Below, piece by piece: positions 9,738 to 18,482 of a DNA stretch of 64,000 bases. The stretch is from an uncultured Nitrospiraceae bacterium (lineage in GTDB: Bacteria; Nitrospirota; Nitrospiria; Nitrospirales; Nitrospiraceae): contig CAVPLT010000002.1 in NCBI GenBank assembly GCA_963706325.1, positions 179,748 to 243,747 on the forward strand. The letters run 5' to 3'. Below the pieces are notes generated by a model. That model searched no databases. It had not been told where the DNA came from and was given only the letters and a program-made list of their open reading frames with translations. Each line of letters starts with the position of its first letter. Positions within the stretch are counted from its first letter, which is position 1. Made by a program: the position numbers and the translations under genes.

Positions 9738-10156
9738 TGGATTAGTTTTGGCTGTTGACCGGCAACGCCGTACCCAGCAGCTCCGCTGCCTAACCTGTGC
9801 TGGAAAGCCTTCTTAGCGAGCAGTGGCCTTAAAGAGTTGAAATACATTGCCGTCAGGATCCCATCTGGTGCTGCTTCAGAATGTCGAATATTCCGCCGAG
9901 TTGGGGTATTCGAGCGACCAATCAATGACATTTACAGGTGTCCGCAAAACATGAGCTAGTTCACCTTCTTATCACCGTTGCCCATTGCGTCGTTGAGTAA
10001 AGGAACGAAATTGCTCCAAAACTCTCGGCATATCCTCCTCTGTGATATGAGCTGGTTGCGAAAATCCACATTTTCGCAGTGGCGGACAGGACGACTTAGT
10101 GTACGCAGCTGTAGGCCTGACCACCACTGAGAACCTGTTGGACCTGGAGCCTGGGC

Positions 10157-10513
10157 CTAGCGCTGGACGGGGGACAGAATCCACTCGTTGGCTGTAAATA
10201 CCGGCTGGCGATTCATTGCCACCGCGAGCCGAAAGCCTAACGCATGGAGGAGGGCATCGAGGCTTCGAAATTCAGGATTGCCGCGCTCCGGAAGCATGCG
10301 ATACAGACTTTCCCGATTCAACTTCGTTTTCTCGGCGAGCGTTGCTACCCCTCCTTGTGCCTCAGCCACATTTCGTAACGCCAGCAAGAACAATTCCGGA
10401 TCATCCTCTTCGAGCGCGGCATTCAAGTACTCTTCAGCTTCCCGCGCATCTCGCAGGCTTTCGATGAGATCTGCTTGATAGGCTTTGCTCTTCTTCGTGG
10501 CCGCCTCCTGCAT
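10157..10513 (-). CDS. Addiction-module antidote (HigA/HI1420-like HTH) copy 1, probably degenerating
   Basis: EEYLNAALEEDDPELFLLALRNVAEAQGG...NRESLYRML; relative to copy 2, start ATG>ACG (10496-10498) and stop TAG>CAG (10205-10207). Confidence 0.75.
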   Translation of the reverse strand: MQEAATKKSKAYQADLIESLRDAREAEEYLNAALEEDDPELFLLALRNVAEAQGGVATLAEKTKLNRESLYRMLPERGNPEFRSLDALLHALGFRLAVAMNRQPVFTANEWILSPVQR

Positions 10514-10537
10514 CCGCTCAAATACCGGTTGGCGGCT

Positions 10538-11623
10538 TCAATATTGCGTGCACTTCCCGAGCATCCGAACGATTTGGCCAGTTTCGGTACTCCAGACGAT
10601 GGGCGAACCGAATGTTATACCGCCAACGATATATTTGCCATTCGGACTATATGAAACGCCTCGAACGTTCAGCTCATGAGGAACCTTAAGTTGATGTTCC
10701 GGCTTTGCCGACTCGATGTGCCATATCGTTATGACCTCCTCCCCCAATCCTCCTGAGGCCAAATGGATTCCATCAGGACTGAATGCTAACTGCGTCAATT
10801 CCGACCCTGAAGTGTTGTATCCGAACTTTCGCACGCTTTCACCAGTGGTTGTGTTCCACATGGAGATTGCAAAGTCCTTTGCATCATTTGGGTAAGCAAG
10901 CGCAGCAACGAGACGATTGTCCGGGCTCAACGCGACAGAAAAAATGTGTCCCTCGACCCTAAAACTTTGCTTCTGTAGCTTAGCCCTCACATCCCACGAA
11001 CGAACCGTCCCGTCCCGGCTGCCAGAGAACAGGGTGGACCCATCAGAACTGAAAGTTAAGGATTCGACGACATCCCAGTGTCCTTTCAACTCTGCGACCA
11101 TCGACCCATGTTTCTTAGCCTCCCAAATTCTGATCGAGTTATCATGTCCGCCGGACGCGATCATTTCACCATCTTGACTATAGGCGACCGTCCTTACTCC
11201 TCTCATATCCTCGGTTGAAAAGACCTCAATATCATCAAATACCTCTCCTCGCGGATTGTCAGGGTCTATCCCATAGAGCCTGACAGTCCGATCTCTAACT
11301 CCCGCCGCGAAACGGCTGCCATTTGGACTCCAAGCTACAGACATGACTCCTGCCAAAAGAGGTCCATATCCATCTTCACCCTCGCGAATGCGTGGATCGT
11401 CGATGTAGACAAAAGGGCCACGTTCACATGCGTCAGCTCGCCACAGTCGAATCGTTCAGTCAAGGCCACTGGAAAGAATATGCCTTCCATCGGGGCTCCA
11501 TGCCACGGCTGTCACCTCTTGTTTGTCGGGCAGAAAGTACGTTAGTGCGCGAACCGCCGTCCCAACACAAAGGGGGACTAATGCCACCATCGTCAAAGCA
11601 CCGACTTTTAGGATGTTCCTCAC
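10538..11623 (-). pseudogene. Secreted WD40-repeat protein with in-frame TGA
   Basis: Frame continues upstream of the called ORF: MRNILKVGALTMVALVPLCVGTAVRA (signal) ... VTAVAWSPDGRHILSSGLD*TIRLW; TGA at 11456-11458. Confidence 0.78.
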
Positions 11624-11661
11624 AACGCACGAGAATACACGGATCCCATAAGGATTTCGAT

Positions 11662-11787
11662 AAATGGTTCTCCAAGCCTGCTTCCCGCCTTAGAGCGCGT
11701 CCTGCTCGGTCTCCCACTGCGCGTGTCCAACGAGGGGAGTCCGCGACCGCGCGTTGCACGAGCACAGGAGACCAGCATGACGCCCTT
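11662..11787. repeat. GC-rich palindromic repeat family B copy
   Basis: GCGTCCTGCTCGGTCTCC-CACTGCGCGTGTCCAACGAG...CGCGCGTTGCACGAGCA-CAGGAGACCAGCATGACGC; matches 13923-14035. Confidence 0.8.
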
Positions 11788-11790
11788 CTT

Positions 11791-11898
11791 CTCCCTCTCC
11801 CCCCTCGTAGAACGCAGGCGTTCTCAGCCAACTGCTTGTGGATCCACGGTTTCACGGAGCCACCCATCAACCGCTCTCAGTTTGTATGAGAATCGAAT
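11791..11898 (+). repeat. Duplicate of radical SAM gene leader and first codons (MRIE)
   Basis: Aligns with 14527-14635. Confidence 0.85.
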
Positions 11899-11907
11899 GC
11901 GAGCAAG

Positions 11908-11933
11908 AGAGGGTCAGGTCTTGCAATCAAACA
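11908..11933. repeat. Right arm of 26-bp perfect inverted repeat
   Basis: AGAGGGTCAGGTCTTGCAATCAAACA is the exact reverse complement of 8597-8622. Confidence 0.92.
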
Positions 11934-11990
11934 ATCAGGCGTATGCTTGGTTGGCAACAGGGGTTCATTCAGACGCCTTGCGGCCTGCAC

Positions 11991-12284
11991 CTAGCGATTC
12001 ATTGCAACCGCGAGCCGAAAGCCCAGCGCGTGGAGGAGGGCGTCGAGGCTTCTAAATTCAGGATTGCCGCGCTCCGAGAGCATGCGATACAGACTTTCCC
12101 GATTCAGCTTCGTTTTCTCGGCGAGCGACGCGACCCCTCCCTGAGCCTCTGCCACATTTCGTAACGCCAGCAAGAACAATTCGGGATCATCCTCTTCGAG
12201 CGCGGCATTCAAATACTCTTCAGCTTCCCGCGCATCTCGCAGGCTTTCGATGGTATCTGCTTGATAGGCGTTGCTCTTCTTCAT
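11991..12284 (-). CDS. Addiction-module antidote (HigA/HI1420-like HTH) copy 2, intact
   Basis: 97 aa, RBS AGGAGG, ATG overlaps the TGA of the upstream toxin remnant. Confidence 0.88.
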   Translation of the reverse strand: MKKSNAYQADTIESLRDAREAEEYLNAALEEDDPELFLLALRNVAEAQGGVASLAEKTKLNRESLYRMLSERGNPEFRSLDALLHALGFRLAVAMNR

Positions 12285-12363
12285 GGCCGCCTCCTGTATC
12301 CGCTCCAATACCGCTGGGCGGTTTCAATATCTTTGCCTGTGTGCGCTTATCCCCTCCGCAGAG
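12281..12363 (-). pseudogene. C-terminal remnant of HigB/HI1419-like RelE killer
   Basis: LCGGDKRTQAK/DIETAQRYWSGYRRRP* with a frameshift; N-terminal part replaced by unrelated sequence. Confidence 0.75.
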
Positions 12364-12710
12364 TTGCCAAAGATTGTCGCTTTTTCCTGAGGCAAAGCCG
12401 GACTTCTTTGGCGGTCTCCACGAATCCAAACGTCGCTTATAAGCTACCTCGTGGCAAGGTGGCCTGGCCGGTTCCAAACGTGCGCGCGTACCACGGTAGC
12501 CTTCTGGGGCCGCATGTTGCGGGCGCGCGGAACTGTCAGGCCACGCTTCTTCTATCTCCCGTTCCGTCTTTTTCCATCCTGGACTAAATTTCGCGGCGGT
12601 CACTTGTGACGAAAACAGCTTTTTGATTTCCTGAAACAGATCCACAGGTGTTCAGCTGTACGTTTCCGCTCCACTTCCCAGACCCTCAGAGTCTGGCTAT
12701 AATAGACAGT

Positions 12711-12902
12711 ATGGAATCGACCAAATACATTTATTGGCAGGATCAAGGGCAGTGGCTCGGTTACCTCCAGGACTACCCTGATTACTGGACGCAAGGGGAG
12801 TCGTTCGACGATCTGCAATCCCATCTTCGTGATCTATACCGCGACCTCACCAGCGGTGAAATTCCCGGAGTACGCAAGCTTGCCGAGCTGACACTTCGGT
12901 GA
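12711..12902 (+). CDS. hicB: HicB-like antitoxin (short)
   Basis: YWQDQGQWLGYLQDYPDYWTQGESFDDLQSHLRDLY; overlaps the hicA start. Confidence 0.8.
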   Translation: MESTKYIYWQDQGQWLGYLQDYPDYWTQGESFDDLQSHLRDLYRDLTSGEIPGVRKLAELTLR

Positions 12903-13078
12903 AGCGCAACGACCTCCTTCGAGAACTTGAATCCGTCGGTTGTGTGCTTGTCCGTCATGGTGGAAAGCACGACTAGTATCACAATCCCGCCACGAAGGTT
13001 TCCCAGCCCGTTCCTCGCCACGCCGAGATCAACGAACATCTCGCAAAACGTATCCTGAAGCTGTTGGGCAATTCCTAG
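12899..13078 (+). pseudogene. hicA: HicA toxin with nonsense codon
   Basis: MKRNDLLRELESVGCVLVRHGGKHD*YHNPATKVSQPVPRHAEINEHLAKRILKLLGNS; TAG at 12974-12976 where Trp is expected; not in ORF track. Confidence 0.85.
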
Positions 13079-13094
13079 TACTATTCGCGCTTCA

Positions 13095-13305
13095 GTGGCG
13101 GCCTTGCGGGTTCTCAACGTGCGCGCGTCCAACGAGGGGAGTCTGCGACCCGACTTCATTTTTTTACCAGGAGCAGTCGACTTGCCCTTCAGCTGCGCAC
13201 GTGGGACGAGCACTGTCAGTAATGGTACTTCCGAGCTTGCTCGTTATTTCTCATCTCAGGAAGGGTGCCGGTGCTGTTTCCAACGAGGGTCTTCGGAGGC
13301 CGCAT
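13095..13305. repeat. Family B repeat fragments
   Basis: GCGCGCGTCCAACGAGGGGGAGT, TGCCCTTCAGCTGCGCAC..GACGAGCACTG, TAATGGTACTTCCGAGCTTGCT, CTCAGGAAGGG all recur at 13923-14510. Confidence 0.7.
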
Positions 13306-13438
13306 GTTTATCAAACGGAGGAAAGCGTAGTGATGTCTTCCGAGGTGAGGGGCAATCACATCCACTGTTGGACGGGTTCCTATCGAAGTGCTAGGATGTT
13401 GCAGAGTGATAACAATACATACAGCGTTTAGGTGATCT

Positions 13439-13639
13439 ATGAGCAAAGTAGAAGCGATTGAAGAACAGATTGAGAAACTTTCTCTCGATGAACTCGCGGC
13501 ATTTCGGCGCTGGTATGCGGCGTTTGATGCGGAGACTTGGGATCGTCAGTTCGAGGGTGACGTGACGGCGGGCAAGCTCGATGCTCTCGCAGAAAAGGCT
13601 CTAAGTGCGCATGCGTCCGGCCAGTCGAAGCCGCTTTGA
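13439..13639 (+). CDS. Putative antitoxin (66 aa, acidic)
   Basis: VEAIEEQIEKLS..ELAAFRRW..WDRQFEGDVTAGKLDALAEKA; 4-bp overlap with toxin. Confidence 0.75.
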   Translation: MSKVEAIEEQIEKLSLDELAAFRRWYAAFDAETWDRQFEGDVTAGKLDALAEKALSAHASGQSKPL

Positions 13640-13893
13640 TTCACCACGCCTCACCAGATTTTTGGTCCTGTTACAACGCGCTTCCTGTTTCGATTCGTGA
13701 ACAAGCCGATCACGCTTTTAACCTGTTGAAGGCCAACCCCCGGCACCCATCGTTACATTTTAAGCAGGTGGGCAGGTTTCGGTCCGCGCGAGTTGGGCTC
13801 CAGTATCGAGCGGTCGGAGTTGATGCAGCAGACGGTATTGTCTGGTTCTGGATCGGTACGCATGCAGAATACGACAAACTTATTCGGAAGTAG
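13636..13893 (+). CDS. ParE/RelE-like toxin
   Basis: LLKANPRHPSLHFKQV, SARVGLQYRA, WFWIGTHAEYDKL. Confidence 0.8.
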   Translation: MIHHASPDFWSCYNALPVSIREQADHAFNLLKANPRHPSLHFKQVGRFRSARVGLQYRAVGVDAADGIVWFWIGTHAEYDKLIRK

Positions 13894-13922
13894 AGGGGCA
13901 GCCGACCTTTCTCTGTCTACCC

Positions 13923-14510
13923 CAATGCTCCTTCCAAGCTTGCTTATTCGTTCTCCCGCGAAGGGCGCGTCCTGCCTGGTCTCCCACTGCGCGCGTCCAA
14001 CGAGGGGAGTTTGCGACCGCGCGTTGCGCGAGGTCCACGGCGCGAAGAATAATGAGCGCCATGCTCGTGGACGCCGGCGAGACGGTGAGCCGGCTGTGTC
14101 TTTCAGGAGCCCAACAGGCCGCTTCTCTTTCCAGCTCTATCGTTTTCTCACCCTTCACCAGGGAATGGCCGGGTTGCCCTTCAACTGCGCGCATCGGACG
14201 AGCACTGTTTCATCGTGCGCGTTCTGCGAGCAAGAAGGGCTGCCGGCCGCTCCCGCTATCCATATATAATGTCCCTCCAAGCTCGCTTGTTTGTTTTTCT
14301 CTCAGGAAGGGCGCTGTTGCTGTTCCCAACTGCGCCCGTCGAACGAGACCCTTCCCAGGGCGCGCGTTCCGCTCCTAATGCTCCTTCCAATTACTAAACG
14401 CTCATATACCAGGGAGGAGTCAGGCCGTCCTTTCAATGCGCGCATCGAACGAGCACTGCTTCATCGTGCGCGTTCTGCGAGCAAAAAGGATGGCTTGACT
14501 GCTCCTTTCC
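13923..14510. repeat. Tandem cluster of about four family B palindromic repeats
   Basis: AATG(C/T)(T/C)C(T/C)TCCAA leader near 13923, 14267, 14376; TGCGCGCATCG(G/A)ACGAGCACTG(T/C)TTCATCGTGCGCGTTCTGCGAGCAA at ~14186 and ~14437. Confidence 0.82.
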
Positions 14511-14622
14511 CCTCTCCCCCTTGACCCTCCCTCTTCCCGCCTCGTAAAATGCAGACGTTCTCAGCTAACTGGTTGTGGATACACGGTTTCACGGAGCCAC
14601 CCATGAACCGCTCTCGGCTCGT

Positions 14623-16521
14623 ATGAGGATCGAATATACAAAGGGCGAGCGGGCATCGCGCGAGCTGCTGATGGTCCAGCGCGAGACCTCCGAAGCCACC
14701 AGCGGCCGGAAGATGAAGGTCATGCTGATCTTCCCGCCCGACTGGTTCCCTTCCGAACCCTATCTGAGCCTTCCTTCCCTCACCGCGGTCCTCCGCCAGG
14801 CCGGCCATACGGTCATTCAAAAAGACATCAACCTCGAGATGTGGGATTGGTACTTCAGCGAGGACTTCTTGAAAAAAGTCCTGCGCCGGGTGCCGCAGCA
14901 GCTCGACCGGCTCCGCAAGCTGGCCAAGAAACGCGAGCTCGAAGAATGGGAGCAGGATCTCCAGCTCGCGCTCTGCGATCTGACGCGCCAGCGGATCGAC
15001 GATCTGATCAAGAAGGCGGAGAAGGCCAAGGCGATTATTCGCGGGGAAGTCTTTTACGAAATCGATCAGTTAGAGTGGGCTCTTCATGTATTCCGTGAGG
15101 TCACGTCGGTGATCTCGATGGTCTATGCGCCGGCGCGGATCTGTATGCCGCCGATGGAGACGGACCTTTCTTATAAAGTCTTCGTGTCACACGAAGTGAT
15201 GGATGCGGTGAACGACACCCAGGTGAACATCTACCGCGACGTGTTCGAGCATCTGGTGAAGCCGGCGATCGAAGCGGAAAAGCCGGATGTGGTCGGCATC
15301 TCGATCGTCTTGCAGCAGCAGATGTTCTCCTCCATGACGTTCTGCGCCCTCATCAAGCAGCACTTTCCCAACATCCATGTGACCATCGGCGGCAACACGG
15401 TGACGCGCCTGCGCGACGTGCTGCCGGAGTCGCCGCTGTTTCAATACTTCGACAGCGCCGTGGTCTATGAAGGGGAGACGGCGTTCGTGCAGCTGGTGTC
15501 GGCGGTCGGGGCGAAGCGGAGCCTGGCCGATGTGCCGAATACCATCTATAAGGACGAAACCGGGGTGCACGTCTCGGCGACGAGTTTTGCGGAGGATATG
15601 GCCGCGCTGCCGCCGCCGGACTTCGATGGCTTGCCGCTGGACAAGTATTTCGTACCGACCAAGATTCTGCCCTATCTGGCGACCCGCGGTTGTTACTGGG
15701 GCCGCTGCGAATTCTGCGATCATGGCGAAGGTTATACGGCGGGCTACCGTACGAAGAAGATTCAGGACATTCTGGCCGAAGTGACCTATCTGCGCGACAA
15801 GTACGGCGCAAAGCATTTTCACTTTACCGATGAGTCGTATCCGCCGGCACTCTTTCGAAAGCTGACGCGGGGGCTGATCGACAGCAACATGGGCATTGCC
15901 TGGACGACGCACATGCGGTTCGAGAAGAGTCTGCTGGAAGATCAAGTCTGGCAGGATGCGAAGGCCTCGGGCTGCAAGTATCTCCACTTCGGCTACGAGT
16001 CGGGGAACGAGCGCGTGCTGAAGCTGATGGACAAGGCGACGACGACGGAGATCATGACGAAACATTTGAAGTACACCGCCGAGGCCGGCATCTGGAACCA
16101 CTGCATGGGCTTCTTCGGGTTTCCCGGCGAAACGCGGGACGAAGCCTGGTCGTCGGTGGAGTTTCTGGAGCGGAACAAGAATTATGTGCATTCGCTCGGG
16201 TTCGGCACGTTCGATCTGGGTCGGCATAACCCGGTGGCGAAACATCCGGAGAAGTTCGGCGTGACTGCCTACAAGAATCCCGAATGGGACCTGGCGCTCG
16301 ACTACTACTTCACCGTGAAGCAGGGGTTGAGCATCGAAGAGGCCGAGCGGGTGTTCCAAGAATTCGAACGGAATCACAATCCCGGCTGGGACCTGCGGCT
16401 CTTCATCCGCGAATATATCTTTCTCTACATTGCGCAGTTCGGGTTGCAGAAGCTGCCGGATCTGCAGTTCAGGACCGCCAAGGTCGCTACCACGGCTCCT
16501 TCATTAGCGGGGAAGATGTAA
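14623..16521 (+). CDS. B12-binding radical SAM protein (paralog 1)
   Basis: LIFPP..PYLSLPSLTAVL cobalamin-domain start; RGCYWGRCEFC CxxxCxxC; start uncertain (14575/14623/14713). Confidence 0.9.
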   Translation: MRIEYTKGERASRELLMVQRETSEATSGRKMKVMLIFPPDWFPSEPYLSLPSLTAVLRQAGHTVIQKDINLEMWDWYFSEDFLKKVLRRVPQQLDRLRKLAKKRELEEWEQDLQLALCDLTRQRIDDLIKKAEKAKAIIRGEVFYEIDQLEWALHVFREVTSVISMVYAPARICMPPMETDLSYKVFVSHEVMDAVNDTQVNIYRDVFEHLVKPAIEAEKPDVVGISIVLQQQMFSSMTFCALIKQHFPNIHVTIGGNTVTRLRDVLPESPLFQYFDSAVVYEGETAFVQLVSAVGAKRSLADVPNTIYKDETGVHVSATSFAEDMAALPPPDFDGLPLDKYFVPTKILPYLATRGCYWGRCEFCDHGEGYTAGYRTKKIQDILAEVTYLRDKYGAKHFHFTDESYPPALFRKLTRGLIDSNMGIAWTTHMRFEKSLLEDQVWQDAKASGCKYLHFGYESGNERVLKLMDKATTTEIMTKHLKYTAEAGIWNHCMGFFGFPGETRDEAWSSVEFLERNKNYVHSLGFGTFDLGRHNPVAKHPEKFGVTAYKNPEWDLALDYYFTVKQGLSIEEAERVFQEFERNHNPGWDLRLFIREYIFLYIAQFGLQKLPDLQFRTAKVATTAPSLAGKM

Positions 16522-18482
16522 TGTCGGCCTCAGGTCTCGTCCAGATCGACGGTCTGTCTCCGATCAAGCAAGAGGAACGGAAGACTTCCAAGGTCATGCT
16601 GCTGTTTCCGCCCGAGTGGGTGCCGACGGCGCCGTATCTCGCCTTACCCTCCTTGACCGCCGTGTTGCGAGAAGCCGGGCATACCGTGGTGCAGCGTGAC
16701 ATCAACATTGAGATGTACGACCACTTCTTCACCATGGAGTTTTTGATCTGGGTGAAGGGCCGCCTGGGCATGCAGCTGAAGCCGCTTCAGGACAAGGAAA
16801 AAGCCGGGAGGCTGACGGAGCAGGAAGCCAGTCAGAAATCCGTGCTGGAGCAGGCCTATGCGGTGGATGTGTTCGACTTGGCGCAGCGTTCGGAAGACGC
16901 GAAGGTCATTGTGCGCGGTGAGCGATTCTACCAAGCCGAAAAGTTGGAGCGGGCGCTGAACACGTTTCGCGAAGCGATGCAGTACATTTCCGCCGCCTAC
17001 TATCCGGCTTCGCTGGTGTTCTATCCCATGGAAAGCAACCTGGGCTATCGGCCCGGTGTCTCGAAGGAAGTCTTTGCCTGCCTCGACGACGAACAGGTGA
17101 ACGTCTACCGCGATATCTGCACTCAACTCGTGTTGCCCAGTGTGAGCAGAGAGAAGCCGACGGTGATCGGCATCTCGATCGGCACACAAATGCAGCTGAT
17201 GGCCGGCCTCACGTTTTGCAAGATGATCAAGGAAACGTTTCCCGGCATCCACGTCGTGGTCGGCGGCAATGTCGTCACACGGTTGCAGGAAGAATGGGCG
17301 AAGCATGAGCGTTTCTTCACCGAAGTCTTTGACGCGGCCATCTTGTATGAGGGCGAGCATGCGCTGCTCTGGTACATCGAGGCGGTGAACGGGCAGCGCG
17401 CGATCGAGTCGGTGCCCAATCTCATGTATTACGCGTCCGGCGCGGTGCAGCAGAGCAAGGAAGTCTATACGGAGAAGACGGCGGCGCTGCCGCTGCCTGA
17501 TTTCGACGGCTTGCCGCTGGATCACTATTTCGTTCCCGAGCGGATCATTCCCTACCTCGCGACGCGCGGCTGTTATTGGGGCCGCTGCACGTTCTGTGAT
17601 CACGGCCAGGGTTATTTCGATCAATACCGCGGGATGACGGCGCAGCATGTGGTCGAGCAGGTGACGGCGCTACGGGACAAGTACCAGTGCAAGCATTTCC
17701 TGTTCTCCGACGAGTCCTATCCGCCCGCGTTGTTCAAGAAGGTGTCGCAGCTGCTGGTGGACCGGAACGTCGGGATCAAGTGGACGACGCTGATCCGTTT
17801 CGAGGAGACGCTCCAGGACCAGGCGGTGTGGGACCTGGCGGCGAAGGCCGGCTGCTGCACGCTGTATTACGGGATGGAGTCGGCGAACGAGCGCGTGCTG
17901 AACCTTATGGACAAACACGCGAAGAAGAGCGTGATTCAGAACAATCTCCATCAGGCGGCGAAGGCAGGCATCTGGAACCACGTGATGGCGTTTTACGGTT
18001 TCCCCGGCGAGACGCGCGACGAGGCGCTGGAGACCCGGCAGTTCGTCATTGAGAACCAGCCGGTCATTCACTCGGTGGAGCTGTTCTACTTCGTGGCCTA
18101 CCGCCATACGCCGATGGTGCGTAATCCGGATAAATTCGGCATCACGATTCACAAGCAGGAGGAGTACGACCTGCCGCTGGATTACTATTACACGCTGAAC
18201 GAACCGGTGGGTATTACCTGCCTCGATGCGATGCAGCTGTGCGAAGAGTTCTATAAGAACGACTTCAGCCCCTGGGCGGTGCGGGTGAACAGCCGCGAGC
18301 ACGTTTTTCTCTATATCTCCAAGTTCGGCACGAATCGCTTGCCGCAGATCTACGCGGCGACGAAAGCGGGTGCGACGACGGCTGAAGGTGTCTCGGGTCT
18401 CGTGACCTGGCCGATGGCCATGAGTGAAGGGGATGAGGGCAAGGAAGGGATGAGTCGCGTTGTCTCCCACGGCGTCGGATAA
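16521..18482 (+). CDS. B12-binding radical SAM protein (paralog 2)
   Basis: RGCYWGRCTFC; TAATG stop/start overlap with paralog 1, so the true start is 16521 rather than 16284. Confidence 0.9.
   Translation: MSASGLVQIDGLSPIKQEERKTSKVMLLFPPEWVPTAPYLALPSLTAVLREAGHTVVQRDINIEMYDHFFTMEFLIWVKGRLGMQLKPLQDKEKAGRLTEQEASQKSVLEQAYAVDVFDLAQRSEDAKVIVRGERFYQAEKLERALNTFREAMQYISAAYYPASLVFYPMESNLGYRPGVSKEVFACLDDEQVNVYRDICTQLVLPSVSREKPTVIGISIGTQMQLMAGLTFCKMIKETFPGIHVVVGGNVVTRLQEEWAKHERFFTEVFDAAILYEGEHALLWYIEAVNGQRAIESVPNLMYYASGAVQQSKEVYTEKTAALPLPDFDGLPLDHYFVPERIIPYLATRGCYWGRCTFCDHGQGYFDQYRGMTAQHVVEQVTALRDKYQCKHFLFSDESYPPALFKKVSQLLVDRNVGIKWTTLIRFEETLQDQAVWDLAAKAGCCTLYYGMESANERVLNLMDKHAKKSVIQNNLHQAAKAGIWNHVMAFYGFPGETRDEALETRQFVIENQPVIHSVELFYFVAYRHTPMVRNPDKFGITIHKQEEYDLPLDYYYTLNEPVGITCLDAMQLCEEFYKNDFSPWAVRVNSREHVFLYISKFGTNRLPQIYAATKAGATTAEGVSGLVTWPMAMSEGDEGKEGMSRVVSHGVG

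Noticed and set aside
9734..10184. Two short minus-strand ORFs upstream of the HsdR-N gene as system partners
   Set aside because: No recognisable motifs or clear RBS; they may be fragments.
13095..14510. Possible CRISPR array
   Set aside because: Repeats are long, degenerate and irregularly spaced; there are no constant-length spacers and no cas genes.
11392..14524. Numerous 60-165 aa ORFs across the repeat zones (e.g. 11392-11889, 12782-13213, 13793-14269)
   Set aside because: They are translations of palindromic repeats or antisense to TA genes.
15187..18470. Long minus-strand ORFs (396, 334, 266 aa) opposite the radical SAM genes
   Set aside because: These are antisense shadows caused by high-GC codon bias and show no family motifs.
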